Of a DNA stretch of 64,000 nucleotides, positions 19,726 through 29,566 are shown in pieces. Numbering within the stretch: position 1 is the stretch's first letter; the number at the start of each line of letters is the position of its first letter. The notes under the pieces are model-generated. The model saw nothing but the letters and a program-made list of their open reading frames with translations, did not search any database and was not told the DNA's origin. This DNA is from Polyangiales bacterium (GTDB taxonomy: Bacteria > Myxococcota_A > Polyangia > Polyangiales > Polyangiaceae): the NCBI GenBank assembly GCA_038231275.1, contig JBBRLQ010000034.1, forward strand, positions 11,924 to 75,923. Reading direction: 5' to 3'. A program made the position numbers and the translations under genes.

Positions 19726-22700
19726 TGGAGGACCTCCTCGAGCGGCCCGCGCAAGCTCGGGCTCGCTTCGGCGTCCTCCTGAGGGCCGACCTTGGCGAAG
19801 AAGAGGAACATCACCGGCACGAGGAAGAGCGAGAGCACGGTGGACGACGTGAGGCCGCCGACCACCGCGAGCGCGAGGGGCTGGTTCGCCTCGGACCCAT
19901 GCTCGAGCCCCATCGCCGTCGGAATGAGGCCGATGATGGTCGCGAGGCTCGTCATCGCGATCGGCACGAAGCGAGAGCGCGCCGCTGCGACGATCGCCTC
20001 CGCCTTGCTCGCCCCCGCGATGAGCCGCCGGTTCGCGTCGTCGACCAGCAGGATGCCGTTGGAGACCGCGATCCCAATCACCATCAGGATGCCCATCAGC
20101 GCCGTGATCGAGAACCCCTGACCCGCCGCCATCAGCGCGAGGACGATGCCGACGAGCGACACCGGGATCGTGAAGAGCATGACGAACGGCAGGCGCACCG
20201 ACTTGAACTGCGACGCCATGATCATGAAGACGACCATCACCGCGAGGCCGAGCGCGACGCCGAGGCCGGAGAACGTCGACCGCATCAGCTGCACTTGGCC
20301 GACGAAGTTGAAGTGGATGCTCCGCGTGCGCGGATCGGCCTCGAGCGCCTTCTCCAGGTCGGCGGCGACGGAGCCGATGTCGCGCCCCTCGGTCTGCATG
20401 AACACGTGCGCCGCGCGCTGGAGCTGGTTTCGCTCGACGCCGATGGGCCCGACGGACCGCCGCACGTCGCCATAGGCGCCGAGGCGAATCGCCTTGCCGT
20501 TGTCGCCGATCCGCACCGGCAGCTGCGCCAGCGCGTTGAGGTCGGGCACCTGCGCGCCATCGTACTGAGTGACCACGTAATAGGACTGCCCGTTGTTCGG
20601 GTCGATCCACACGCTCGGCGTGTTGATGTTGCCGAGCGTGGCCTCCAGCGTCGTTTGCGCCGCGTCCCTCGCGGAGACGCCCACCAGCCCCGCCTTCTGA
20701 CGGTCGGTCTCGACGCGGATCTCCGGGTAGCTCATCTGGAGCGAGGGCCGAACGTCCCGCACGCCAGGCACCGTTCGCGCGACCTCGGCGACGGCCTTGG
20801 CCTGCGCGTCGAGCTCGTCCAAGTTGTCGCCGCGCACCTCCACGACGACCGGCGCGATGTAGCCGTTCGCGAACACGCTGGCGACGAGTCCGCCTGGCCA
20901 CTGCAAGAACTCGACGCCGGGGTAGTGCCGATTCAAGATCCCGCGGATTTGGTCGGCGAGCTGCCGCTGCGAGAGCTTGCGCTTGTCCGGGTCCACGAGC
21001 GCGAGGCGAATGAACCCCATGTGGGGCCCCCAGTTGGGGCTCGTCATGGCGCTACGGGCGTTGTTGGGGGAGCCCACGTTCGTGAGGACGAGCGTGACGG
21101 TGTCTTTGGGCAGCTCCATCTCGAGCGTGTGGCCCATTTCGTTGATGCGACGCGACGACTCCTCGAGCGATGTGCCGGGGGCGACGCGTACGTAGATGCG
21201 CTCCATCGACTCGTCGATTTCGGGAAAGAACGTGCTCGGCAGCCGTGCTGCCGTCCACCCGCTCGCTGCGACCAGCACGACCGACGCGGCGAGGACAGCG
21301 AAGCGAAACGGAAGGACGAGCCGGAGCGTGCTCGCGTAGCGCTCCGCGAGCCAGTCGATCGCTTGCTCGACGCGCTTGCCGATGGGGCCGTGCTCCGAGT
21401 GGACCAAGAAGTAACGGCACGCGACCGGCGTGACACAAATGCTGACGAAATACGACGCGATCATCGCCACCGCGACCGTCAGCGCAAGCGGGGCGAAGAG
21501 CTTCTTCGCGAGGCCGGTGAGGAGCAGCACCGGGAGGAGCACGGCGATCGTCGTGAGCGTCGACGCCAAGACAGGGAGAGCGACCGCGTTGGTACCCTCC
21601 AGCGCCGCCTTGAAGCGGCCGTGCCCCATGCGCTGGTGTCGGTGGATCGACTCGAGCACGACGACCGCGTCGTCGACCAAGCGCCCCATCGCGAGCGTGA
21701 GGCCGCCGAGCGTGAACGCGTTCAGCGTCTGCCCCGACGCGTAGAGCACGATCAGCGTGATCGCGAACGACAGGGGGATGGCGACCGCGACGATGACGGT
21801 CCCGCGAAGGCTCTGCAGGAAGATCAGGATGACGATCGCGATGAGCCCCAGCGCTTGGACCAGCTCTCGCCGCAGCCCTTCGTAGCTTGTGCGAACGAAC
21901 GTGGATTGATCGAAGACGGGTACGACGCGGAGTCCCGGCGGCAGGTCCTTCAAGTTGCCGACCGCCTTCTTTACGGAGTCGACGATTTCGAGCGTGTTGC
22001 CGCCGGGAACGCGCAGCACATTGAGGTACACGGCGTTCTGCCCGCCGACCGCCACGGCCTGCGTCTCGGGGACCCCGCCGTCGTCGACGCGCGCGACGTC
22101 GCGTATGAGGACCGCCGCCCCGCCGTGTGTCTTGATGACCGCGTCTCCGATGGACTTGACGCGCTGTGGCACGGCGTTCGTGTAGACGTTGGCGTCGAAG
22201 CGCGGCGAAATGAACTCGCCCGATGGAAGCAGCGCGTTGCTCTGATGCACGGCGTTGGCGACGTCGGTCGAGGTGATGCCGCGTGCCTGCGCCTTCACCG
22301 GGTCGACGACGACGTTGATCTGCCGCTGCCGCCCTCCATTGATCGACGCGCTCGCGACCCCGGGGATTCCCTCGAGGACGGGCTCGATGGTGTTGAGCGC
22401 GTAGTCGTAGAGCTGCGGACCCGACAAGCCGCCGCCGGTCACGGCGACCTGCACGACCGGCGCGTTCGACGGATCGTACTGGAGCACGAAGGGTGGCAGG
22501 ACGCCGAGCGACTTGGGCACCGCGCTCATCGCGAACGCCACCTGCTGCTGGACGAGCGTCTGCGCGGCGTTGAGATCGGTGCCCCATTTGAGCCACACGT
22601 AGACGATGGACAGGTTGTTTCGCGACGTGCTCTCGACGTGCTCGACGCCCGGCGTCGCGCTCACGTACTTCTCGATGCGCCACGTGAGCGTCTTCTCGAC

Positions 22701-22868
22701 GTCCTTGGGGCCGAGCCCCGGTGCCATCGTGCCGACGACGAGCACCGGCGGCGTGAGCTCGGGGAACGTGTCGACGCTCATGCGCGGTGTCACGACGCCG
22801 GCGAACACCATCATCGCGATGCAGAGCATCAGCACCGCGATGGGGTTGCGGAGTGAGAGGCCGGTCAT
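19722..22868 (-). CDS. RND efflux permease (AcrB/AcrD/AcrF family)
   Basis: 1048 aa; LVDDAVVVLESI, SNGILLVD and RFVPIAMT. Confidence 0.96.
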   Translation of the reverse strand: MTGLSLRNPIAVLMLCIAMMVFAGVVTPRMSVDTFPELTPPVLVVGTMAPGLGPKDVEKTLTWRIEKYVSATPGVEHVESTSRNNLSIVYVWLKWGTDLNAAQTLVQQQVAFAMSAVPKSLGVLPPFVLQYDPSNAPVVQVAVTGGGLSGPQLYDYALNTIEPVLEGIPGVASASINGGRQRQINVVVDPVKAQARGITSTDVANAVHQSNALLPSGEFISPRFDANVYTNAVPQRVKSIGDAVIKTHGGAAVLIRDVARVDDGGVPETQAVAVGGQNAVYLNVLRVPGGNTLEIVDSVKKAVGNLKDLPPGLRVVPVFDQSTFVRTSYEGLRRELVQALGLIAIVILIFLQSLRGTVIVAVAIPLSFAITLIVLYASGQTLNAFTLGGLTLAMGRLVDDAVVVLESIHRHQRMGHGRFKAALEGTNAVALPVLASTLTTIAVLLPVLLLTGLAKKLFAPLALTVAVAMIASYFVSICVTPVACRYFLVHSEHGPIGKRVEQAIDWLAERYASTLRLVLPFRFAVLAASVVLVAASGWTAARLPSTFFPEIDESMERIYVRVAPGTSLEESSRRINEMGHTLEMELPKDTVTLVLTNVGSPNNARSAMTSPNWGPHMGFIRLALVDPDKRKLSQRQLADQIRGILNRHYPGVEFLQWPGGLVASVFANGYIAPVVVEVRGDNLDELDAQAKAVAEVARTVPGVRDVRPSLQMSYPEIRVETDRQKAGLVGVSARDAAQTTLEATLGNINTPSVWIDPNNGQSYYVVTQYDGAQVPDLNALAQLPVRIGDNGKAIRLGAYGDVRRSVGPIGVERNQLQRAAHVFMQTEGRDIGSVAADLEKALEADPRTRSIHFNFVGQVQLMRSTFSGLGVALGLAVMVVFMIMASQFKSVRLPFVMLFTIPVSLVGIVLALMAAGQGFSITALMGILMVIGIAVSNGILLVDDANRRLIAGASKAEAIVAAARSRFVPIAMTSLATIIGLIPTAMGLEHGSEANQPLALAVVGGLTSSTVLSLFLVPVMFLFFAKVGPQEDAEASPSLRGPLEEVLQ

Positions 22869-24094
22869 TGTGGCCCCGCCTTGGGCTGCTCGGAGGGGTC
22901 AGGTGGCGCGGCCGAGGAGACCGACGGGATCGGCGCTTCGGCTTCCTTCGCGCTCACGCGGTCGCCGTCGGAGAGGAGCGCGCGCCCTTCCGTAACGACG
23001 CGGGCGCCTACCGCGAGCGCGGGATCGAGGAAGAGGCTCCCTCCCGACTCACCCTTCACCGCAAGCGTCCTGGAGTGGGCGATGTCGCCCTCGACGACGA
23101 AGACCGTAGCCTTCGCGCCGCGCAGCGTCGCCGCGTACAGGGGAATCTCGGCCGCTGCGACGGGCTCGCCGACGGAGATGCGAACCTCGCCGGTCGTGCC
23201 GACGGGGATTTCGCGCTTCGGATCGAGGATGTCGATCTCGAAGTGTACGGTGCGAGTCGTCAGATCGGCGGCGGGCGTGCGGCGCGTGATCACGCCGGCG
23301 AGCTCCTTGTTCGTGGCGAAGACACGGAGGGTGACCTTGGTGGTCGGCGAGACGACGTCGAAGTCGGTCTCGGGAGCGTCGGCGGTGAGTCGAATCGTGC
23401 TCCTGTCGATGACGCTGACGATGGACGCGCCTGGTCGCACGAAGGCGCCAGGGTCGATCGCGCGCCGCGAGACCTCGCCGTCGAACGGAGAGCGCAAGAT
23501 GCAGTCGTTCACCTCGAGGACGGTCGACGAGAGCTTGGCCTTCGTCGCCTCGAGCTCGGCCAGCCCCGCCGCGCTCTGCGCGCTTTTCTGCTCGGCCTCG
23601 TTGGGCGATACGAATCCGCCGTCGAGCAGGCCCTGCGTACGCGCGGACTCGTTCGCGAGCGCTTTCTGGCGAGCGTCGATCGCGCGCGCCTGGCTGGCGA
23701 CGGCTTGCTGCGCGGCGCCGGCGTTGCGGCAGTCGAGCGTCGCGAGGACCTCGCCGCGCTTGACCACGGCGCCAGGGCGGACCAGCACGGTGTCCACGTA
23801 CGCGGACACGAGCTGCGGCCCGATGCTCGCCTGCACCCAAGGCTCGAGCGTCCCGACGTACGTGCGCGAGGGGCGAAAGGTCGACGCTTTGGCGAGTACG
23901 ACCGTGACCGGCTTGGCGCTCGACGAGAGCGCGACCTTGTTCGTCTTCGAGTCCGCACGGAACATCATGAACGCGCCGAGGGCGAGCACCGCGGCGACGG
24001 CGCCGCCGATGACGATGGGAACGATGGCGCGCCTCGGCGGCGGGATCGTAGGGTCGGTGTGCGCGGCCATTTCGTTCTCGGGGGCGACGGTCAC
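22865..24094 (-). CDS. RND periplasmic adaptor (membrane fusion protein)
   Basis: Single TM, lipoyl motifs VRPGAVVKRGEVLATLD and LRSPFDGEV. Start is GTG 24094 or ATG 24070. Confidence 0.93.
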   Translation of the reverse strand: MTVAPENEMAAHTDPTIPPPRRAIVPIVIGGAVAAVLALGAFMMFRADSKTNKVALSSSAKPVTVVLAKASTFRPSRTYVGTLEPWVQASIGPQLVSAYVDTVLVRPGAVVKRGEVLATLDCRNAGAAQQAVASQARAIDARQKALANESARTQGLLDGGFVSPNEAEQKSAQSAAGLAELEATKAKLSSTVLEVNDCILRSPFDGEVSRRAIDPGAFVRPGASIVSVIDRSTIRLTADAPETDFDVVSPTTKVTLRVFATNKELAGVITRRTPAADLTTRTVHFEIDILDPKREIPVGTTGEVRISVGEPVAAAEIPLYAATLRGAKATVFVVEGDIAHSRTLAVKGESGGSLFLDPALAVGARVVTEGRALLSDGDRVSAKEAEAPIPSVSSAAPPDPSEQPKAGPQ

Positions 24095-25533
24095 TTGGTC
24101 AGTCCTTCCACGATCGCGCGCCCGAACGCCGCGCGCGCCCTGGCGAGCTCGAAGACTCCCAGGGCAAGTTGAATGTCGGCGGACGTACGCAGCGCCTCGG
24201 CGTCCGCCAGCTCGACGCTGGTGCCGAGGCCCGCCTTGAAGCGCGCGTCGGCTTGGCTGTAGTTCGCGATCGCCGCCTCGACGGATCGCTGGAGGCCCGG
24301 CAGCGCGTCGCGCGCGACGTTGACGGTCACGTACGCGCGCCCGATCGTCGCGCTCAGCTGCTGCCGCGCGACCTCGATCTCTTCCTTGCGGACCTCCTCG
24401 CCGGCCCGCGCGGCGTCGCGGCGCGCGGCGATGACGCCGTCGAAGAACGGCCAGCTCAGGATCAGCCCCACACCCCAGTTGGGCACGCTCGGGAGGAGAC
24501 CTGCGGCGTCCGCCCTGTCGCCGTTTCCCGACGGCGGCGCGCCGCCCGCCCGTCCGGTGAGGGTTCCACTGAGGAGAAGATCCGGGCGCATCTCCGCGCC
24601 GATCGCGCGCGTGCGCTCCTCCTGCGCCTTGAGCATTGCGATCGCCTCGAGCAGCTGCGGGTCGCGCGCCTTTGCCTGCGCCACCGCGTTCGCGAGCGCC
24701 GGCATTTCGGCGGGCGCGGGAGCGGGACCCGCGACGTCGAGGGACGGCTCCGTCGCCCCCACGGACGCTGCGAGGACAGCACGCGCGATGGTGAGCCCGC
24801 CACTGGCGCGGATGCGGCCAATGTCGAACCGCTGCAGGTCGGCCTCGGCGCGCGTCAGCTCGATCGGGGAACGAAGTCCAGCCTGCACGCCTGCGCGCGC
24901 CAGGTCGCGGTGCACGGTCGCGCGCGTGAACGCGTCCTCCGACGACTTCAGGATCTCCTTGGCGGCGTGAACGGCGAAGAACGCCTCCTCGACGCCGAGC
25001 TCCACGTCGAGACGCTCGGCCTCGGCGTCGCGCTGCCGCACCTCGACGAGCGCGTCCGCGGCGGCCGTCTGCGCGGCGATGCGCCCGAAGTCGAAGAGCT
25101 GCTGGGTGAGCCCGACACCGACGAGCGTGGAAGCATAAGGTGAGAACGTGGCGTTGGCCGCCGACACCGATCGCGTGCCGCCGATGCGACTGATGTCCAT
25201 CGACCCGGGGTTTACGTAGGTGCCGGTCGTGTTGTTCGCCGTCGCCGCGAAGATCTGCGCCGTCGCCCCCACCGTCGGCAGCCACTGCCCTCGCGGCACG
25301 TCGGCCTCCGCGCGTTCCCGTGTGACGCGTGCGAGCGCCGCGCGGATGAGCGGCTGGTGACCCCTCGCGTACGCGAGCGCCTCGGGCAACGTGACGGCGC
25401 GCGGTCCGGGTGCGGCCACCTCGGCCGTCTGTGCGAGAGCCCTCGGCTCCGCGCCAAAGAAGAAGGAGAAGAAGAAGAAGAGCAGGCCCACGGTTGTCAG
25501 CAGCGGACGGGGCAGCGCGTGGTGGAGCACCAT
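24091..25533 (-). CDS. TolC-family outer membrane factor
   Basis: Signal peptide, OEP repeats (QQLFDFG, SWPFFDG, RFKAGLGTSVEL.DA). Confidence 0.92.
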   Translation of the reverse strand: MVLHHALPRPLLTTVGLLFFFFSFFFGAEPRALAQTAEVAAPGPRAVTLPEALAYARGHQPLIRAALARVTRERAEADVPRGQWLPTVGATAQIFAATANNTTGTYVNPGSMDISRIGGTRSVSAANATFSPYASTLVGVGLTQQLFDFGRIAAQTAAADALVEVRQRDAEAERLDVELGVEEAFFAVHAAKEILKSSEDAFTRATVHRDLARAGVQAGLRSPIELTRAEADLQRFDIGRIRASGGLTIARAVLAASVGATEPSLDVAGPAPAPAEMPALANAVAQAKARDPQLLEAIAMLKAQEERTRAIGAEMRPDLLLSGTLTGRAGGAPPSGNGDRADAAGLLPSVPNWGVGLILSWPFFDGVIAARRDAARAGEEVRKEEIEVARQQLSATIGRAYVTVNVARDALPGLQRSVEAAIANYSQADARFKAGLGTSVELADAEALRTSADIQLALGVFELARARAAFGRAIVEGLTK

Positions 25534-25548
25534 CGGTCTTCGCGCTTA

Positions 25549-25564
25549 CGCAGAAACCGTACCA
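25549..25564 (-). promoter_or_regulatory. Sigma-54 promoter of the efflux operon
   Basis: Minus strand reads TGGTACGGTTTCTGCG, 15 nt from the tolC ATG; a sigma-54 activator is encoded divergently. Confidence 0.7.
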
Positions 25565-25606
25565 GCCAAATTCTCCCAAAAAACAGCGAATGCGGCGCCG
25601 CGAGGA

Positions 25607-25646
25607 CGGGGAGAATTTCCCGGCGATCGGGAAAATTTCCCGATCG
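25607..25646. promoter_or_regulatory. Tandem palindromic enhancer-like (UAS) sites
   Basis: CGGGGAGAATTTCCCG and the perfect palindrome CGATCGGGAAA-A-TTTCCCGATCG, offset by 20 bp. Confidence 0.65.
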
Positions 25647-25792
25647 GTGCGGGAGGGTTCGAGCTCCGAAACTTCGGAAACTCCCGCGTTCTTGCCGCGG
25701 TCCAAATGTTGCTGTTCGTTGCGCGCATGGACCTGACTCTGCACCATCCCCATGGACAGCAGGTCGCGACCAAGGCCACCTTTCGCGTCAGC

Positions 25793-27286
25793 ATGACGGC
25801 AAAGGGCTCCTCGATCTTGCTTTGGATGGTGCTGGCGATCGTCGCGCTCGGTGCCGTCGCACTTTGGGACGAGCAGCGCGAGTCGGCCCTCGCGCTCGAG
25901 GACTTCGCGCAGGAGCAAGCGAGCACGGCGCGCAGCGTGGCGTCGGTACTCGCGGCTCGCCTCGGCGAGGCGGAGGGGATGGCGCGCGCCGTCGCGAGCA
26001 AGCCCGAGACGGTTCTTCCCGCCGGCATGACCGCGCGCGTACGTCGCACGTCGGAGCCCTCCACGCCGCAGGAGCCGCAGCAGTTCCAGCGCGCGATCCC
26101 ACTCGACGGCGACCGCGTGCTCGAGATCACGCTTCCGATGGTCTACTTGAGCGCGATGGCCACCGCGCTCGGTGAGCCCGGCGCGATCGTGGTGTTCATC
26201 AAGAGGCCGGATCGCGACGGGTTCGTGGCCGTCGCGCCCGGCGCGGCGCCTGCCCCGGTGCTCGATGGTGCTCTCGCGCGAAATGCGACGTGGGTTCGCC
26301 TTGGACGTCCGGAAGCCGCCGCGCTCGGTCTCCCCGCGCGTACCGCGATGGCGGGCGTCGCGACGGTCGACGCCGGGGCGATGGGCACTTGGGGCGTCAC
26401 GGTCGTCGCGACGGCGCTGCGTGAGCGCGACCGCGAGGTCCGGGCGCAGTGGCGGCTCGTCCTCGGCTTCTCGCTCGCGTCGGGCCTCGTCCTGGCGTTC
26501 GGCACCGTCGCGCGGCGTATGCAGCGCAAGGAGCTCGAGCTGACGCGCGACCTCGCCACGGCCGACGCGATGAAGCTGCGCGACGAGCGGTTGGTCCGCG
26601 CCGACAAGCTCGCCACCTTGGGCGCGCTCGCCACAGGCATCGCGCACGAGGTCTCGACGCCGCTCGGCGTCATCGTCGGCCGCGCGGAGCAGCTCTTGCC
26701 AAAGGTCCAGGGCGACGAACGCGCCAAGCGCGCCGTCGAGGTCATCACCGAGCAAGCCGAGCGCATCACCCTGATCATCCGCGCATTCCTAGGCCTCGCG
26801 CGAGGCGGTACTCCGACGCTCGAGCACGTGCAGCCGAAGAGGCTCGTGGAAACGGCGCTGGAGCTCGTCGCGCATCGGTTCACCAAGGCGGAGGTCCACC
26901 TCGCCGCGCACCTCGACGGAGGTCTGCCGAGCATCGCGTGCGACCCGCGTCTGTTCGAGCAAGTCCTCGTGAACCTGCTCCTCAACGCCTGCGACGCGTG
27001 CAAGGCGGGAGGCCACGTCGACCTCGCGGTCACCAGCGACGGCGAGCGCGTGGCCTTCGTGGTCAACGACGACGGCGCGGGCATCACAGCCGAGAGCGCG
27101 CGCCAGGCCGTCGAGCCGTTCTTCACGACCAAAGCAGAAGGGGAGGGGACGGGCCTCGGCCTCGCGATCGCGAACGAGATCGTGAAGCACCACCACGGCG
27201 AGCTGACGCTCAGCCCGCGTGGCCGCGCCGGTGGCACGCGCGCCACCGTCGAGATGGACGCCGTCCGAGAGGCCTCGCATGCTTGA
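25793..27286 (+). CDS. Membrane sensor histidine kinase (NtrB-like)
   Basis: Two TM helices, AHEVSTPL, NLLLNA, DDGAG, PFFTTK and GLGL. Start approximate. Confidence 0.92.
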   Translation: MTAKGSSILLWMVLAIVALGAVALWDEQRESALALEDFAQEQASTARSVASVLAARLGEAEGMARAVASKPETVLPAGMTARVRRTSEPSTPQEPQQFQRAIPLDGDRVLEITLPMVYLSAMATALGEPGAIVVFIKRPDRDGFVAVAPGAAPAPVLDGALARNATWVRLGRPEAAALGLPARTAMAGVATVDAGAMGTWGVTVVATALRERDREVRAQWRLVLGFSLASGLVLAFGTVARRMQRKELELTRDLATADAMKLRDERLVRADKLATLGALATGIAHEVSTPLGVIVGRAEQLLPKVQGDERAKRAVEVITEQAERITLIIRAFLGLARGGTPTLEHVQPKRLVETALELVAHRFTKAEVHLAAHLDGGLPSIACDPRLFEQVLVNLLLNACDACKAGGHVDLAVTSDGERVAFVVNDDGAGITAESARQAVEPFFTTKAEGEGTGLGLAIANEIVKHHHGELTLSPRGRAGGTRATVEMDAVREASHA

Positions 27287-28655
27287 GCCGAAAAGAAAGC
27301 CGCGCGTCATGGTCGTCGACGACGATCTCGCGCTCGCAGAGACTCTGCGCGACGGCCTCGTCGATCGGGACTTCGACGCGTTCGCGATCGGCTCGGGAAA
27401 AGAGGCGGCGAAGCGCATCCCGAACGAGGATTTCGACGCCCTCGTCACCGACCTTCGCATGCCTGGCACCGACGGGCTCGATCTCCTGGCGGTGTCGCGG
27501 CAGGTCGCGCCGGACAGGCCGGTCATCGTCATGACCGCGTACAGCGCGGTCGAGACCGCCGTCGAGTCGATCCGGCGCGGCGCGTACCACTACCTCACGA
27601 AGCCGTTCAAGGCCGACGAGCTCGCGCTCTTCCTCGACAAGGCGCTCGGCGAAGCTCGCTTGCGCCGCGAGGCCGCCGTCCTCCGCCGCGCGCTCCGCGA
27701 ACAGTTCGCCACGTCATCCATCATCGGTCGCAGCGACGCCATGCGTGAGGTGTGCGATCTCGCCGAGCGTGTCGCCGACGCCATCGCGCCCGTTCTCCTG
27801 CTCGGCGAGACCGGGACCGGAAAAGGCCTCGTCGCGCGCGCGATCCACGCGTCGGGGACGCGCGCGAGCCACGCGTTCGTCATGGTGAACTGCGCGTCGG
27901 TTCCCGAGAACCTGCTCGAGAGCGAGCTCTTCGGCCACGTGAAGGGCGCGTTCACCGGCGCGACGTCAAGCCGTCGCGGCCTGTTCGAGGAGGCGTCGGG
28001 CGGGACGCTGTTCCTCGACGAGATCGGTGAGATGCCGCCCGCCGTCCAGGCGAAGTTGCTTCACGTCCTCGAGCGCGGCGTCGTCCGGGCCGTGGGCTCC
28101 GACAAGGAGCGGGCCGTCGACGCGCGCATCGTCGCCGCCACCCACCGCGACTTGCGCGCCCGCGTCCGCGAGGGGGCCTTTCGCGAGGATCTCCTCTTCC
28201 GGCTCGAGGTCGTAACGATCGAGCTGCCGCCGCTGCGGCAGCGGCGCGACGACCTGCCGCCGCTCATCGGCCACATGCTCGCGCAGGCGAAGGCGCGGCA
28301 CCCCGAGAGCCCGGTGACGCGCTTCGGGGCGGAGGCGCTCGAGCGCATGCTCGCCCACACCTGGCCCGGCAACGTTCGCGAGCTCGAGAACACGATCGAG
28401 CGCGCCGTGCTCCTCGCACGCGGACCCGAGGTGGCGGCGTCCGAGCTGCCATCGACGGTCGGGGCGAAGGGCGGCGGCGCCGATCGCACGGTCTTCGACG
28501 GCGCCGTGATGCCGCTCTACGAAATGGAGCGGCGCTACGCGCGCTGGGCCATCGATCAGCTCGGTGGCCGGCGAATGCTCACCGCGGAGCGACTCGGCGT
28601 CGACCGCAAGACGCTCGCCCGCCTCCTCGGCGGCGTGTCCGACGAAGAAGACTGA
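27279..28655 (+). CDS. Sigma-54-dependent response regulator (NtrC/AtoC family)
   Basis: REC domain, GETGTGK, ESELFGH.KGAFTGA, FLDEIG, WPGNVREL and a Fis-type HTH. Confidence 0.96.
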   Translation: MLEPKRKPRVMVVDDDLALAETLRDGLVDRDFDAFAIGSGKEAAKRIPNEDFDALVTDLRMPGTDGLDLLAVSRQVAPDRPVIVMTAYSAVETAVESIRRGAYHYLTKPFKADELALFLDKALGEARLRREAAVLRRALREQFATSSIIGRSDAMREVCDLAERVADAIAPVLLLGETGTGKGLVARAIHASGTRASHAFVMVNCASVPENLLESELFGHVKGAFTGATSSRRGLFEEASGGTLFLDEIGEMPPAVQAKLLHVLERGVVRAVGSDKERAVDARIVAATHRDLRARVREGAFREDLLFRLEVVTIELPPLRQRRDDLPPLIGHMLAQAKARHPESPVTRFGAEALERMLAHTWPGNVRELENTIERAVLLARGPEVAASELPSTVGAKGGGADRTVFDGAVMPLYEMERRYARWAIDQLGGRRMLTAERLGVDRKTLARLLGGVSDEED

Positions 28656-28791
28656 TCGCATCGATCGAAGGCGGAACGGGGATCGCCCACGTCGACGCCT
28701 GCCGCGCAGCGTCGCTCTGCCCGGAGCCCTCTGGGTGACGTGCGCTCTGACGCCGCGGACGGAGCTCCCCGCGTGACGCCGTGCACGGAGC

Positions 28792-29397
28792 TCACCAGGT
28801 CAGCTTCATCGCGAATCCGTCCGCCGTTACCGAGCCGGGGACGTCGGAGAGGATCGGCCGCGCGCAGAAGGCCTCCATGCCCGCGCCGATCGCGCCGCGC
28901 ATGCTCGTCACGAAGAACGGCGAGCCCGCGAGAGGGCATTTCCACACGTCGAGACGGGCTGCACGCTCACCCAGCTTGTAGACGGCGACGGCGCCGCCGC
29001 GATTGGAGCGGCGCCACATGCGATCGACGTGACGAAGCGCGGTCCAGGGCGTCGCGCCGAGCTTTCCGACCAGGCGCACCATCGTGGAGACGAGGACGCC
29101 GTTGTTCGCCTGCGAGACGAAGCGGCCGAGATCGATCTGCTCGGCGGCCGAGAGGTTCAGCGCGTCGCACGCGGCGTAGGCGCGGAGCGCCAGATCGAGC
29201 GGGATCCACTCGTCGGTCGTCATGCCGCCCCACGCGAGCTCCAGATCGGGAGGCAGGAGCGCCCGGAATCGCTCTGTCAGCCCCTGCTGCTCCATCCACC
29301 GACGTCCGCTCGAGAACACGAAGCCGCGAACCGCGTCGACCAGCGGCGTGTCCGCCTTCGACAGCGGCGGTGGCACCACGAACTCGGGGGCAGACAT
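28792..29397 (-). CDS. DUF2378-like myxobacterial protein
   Basis: VRGFVF...EWIPLD...W.R.NRGG...LTW; architecture similar to 3732..4328. Confidence 0.55.
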   Translation of the reverse strand: MSAPEFVVPPPLSKADTPLVDAVRGFVFSSGRRWMEQQGLTERFRALLPPDLELAWGGMTTDEWIPLDLALRAYAACDALNLSAAEQIDLGRFVSQANNGVLVSTMVRLVGKLGATPWTALRHVDRMWRRSNRGGAVAVYKLGERAARLDVWKCPLAGSPFFVTSMRGAIGAGMEAFCARPILSDVPGSVTADGFAMKLTW

Positions 29398-29566
29398 CCT
29401 CGTAAGGGTGTCATTTCTCCCCCGTTCGCGCCGCGTCGAGGTTCGATCGGGTTGTTCGCTAGCCACGGGTCGCACCTACAGGAACGGCCGCGCCCTGCAG
29501 AACTTTAGCGTTCCGGCGCGATTCCGCCGTCCGCGACCGTCTTCCTGGACGAGGCGGAGCACACCC

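Noticed and set aside
19725..22856. 1043-aa + strand ORF, and many other long antisense or alternate-frame ORFs (e.g. 5873..7333, 33944..35899, 40480..42669, 47676..49493)
   Set aside because: Shadows of real genes. High GC3 suppresses stop codons, and the translations are Arg/Ala/Pro-rich with no motifs.
22865..26755. 1296-aa ORF suggesting a giant MFP fusion
   Set aside because: Only the last ~410 codons are MFP-like. The rest overlaps tolC in another frame and the kinase on the opposite strand.
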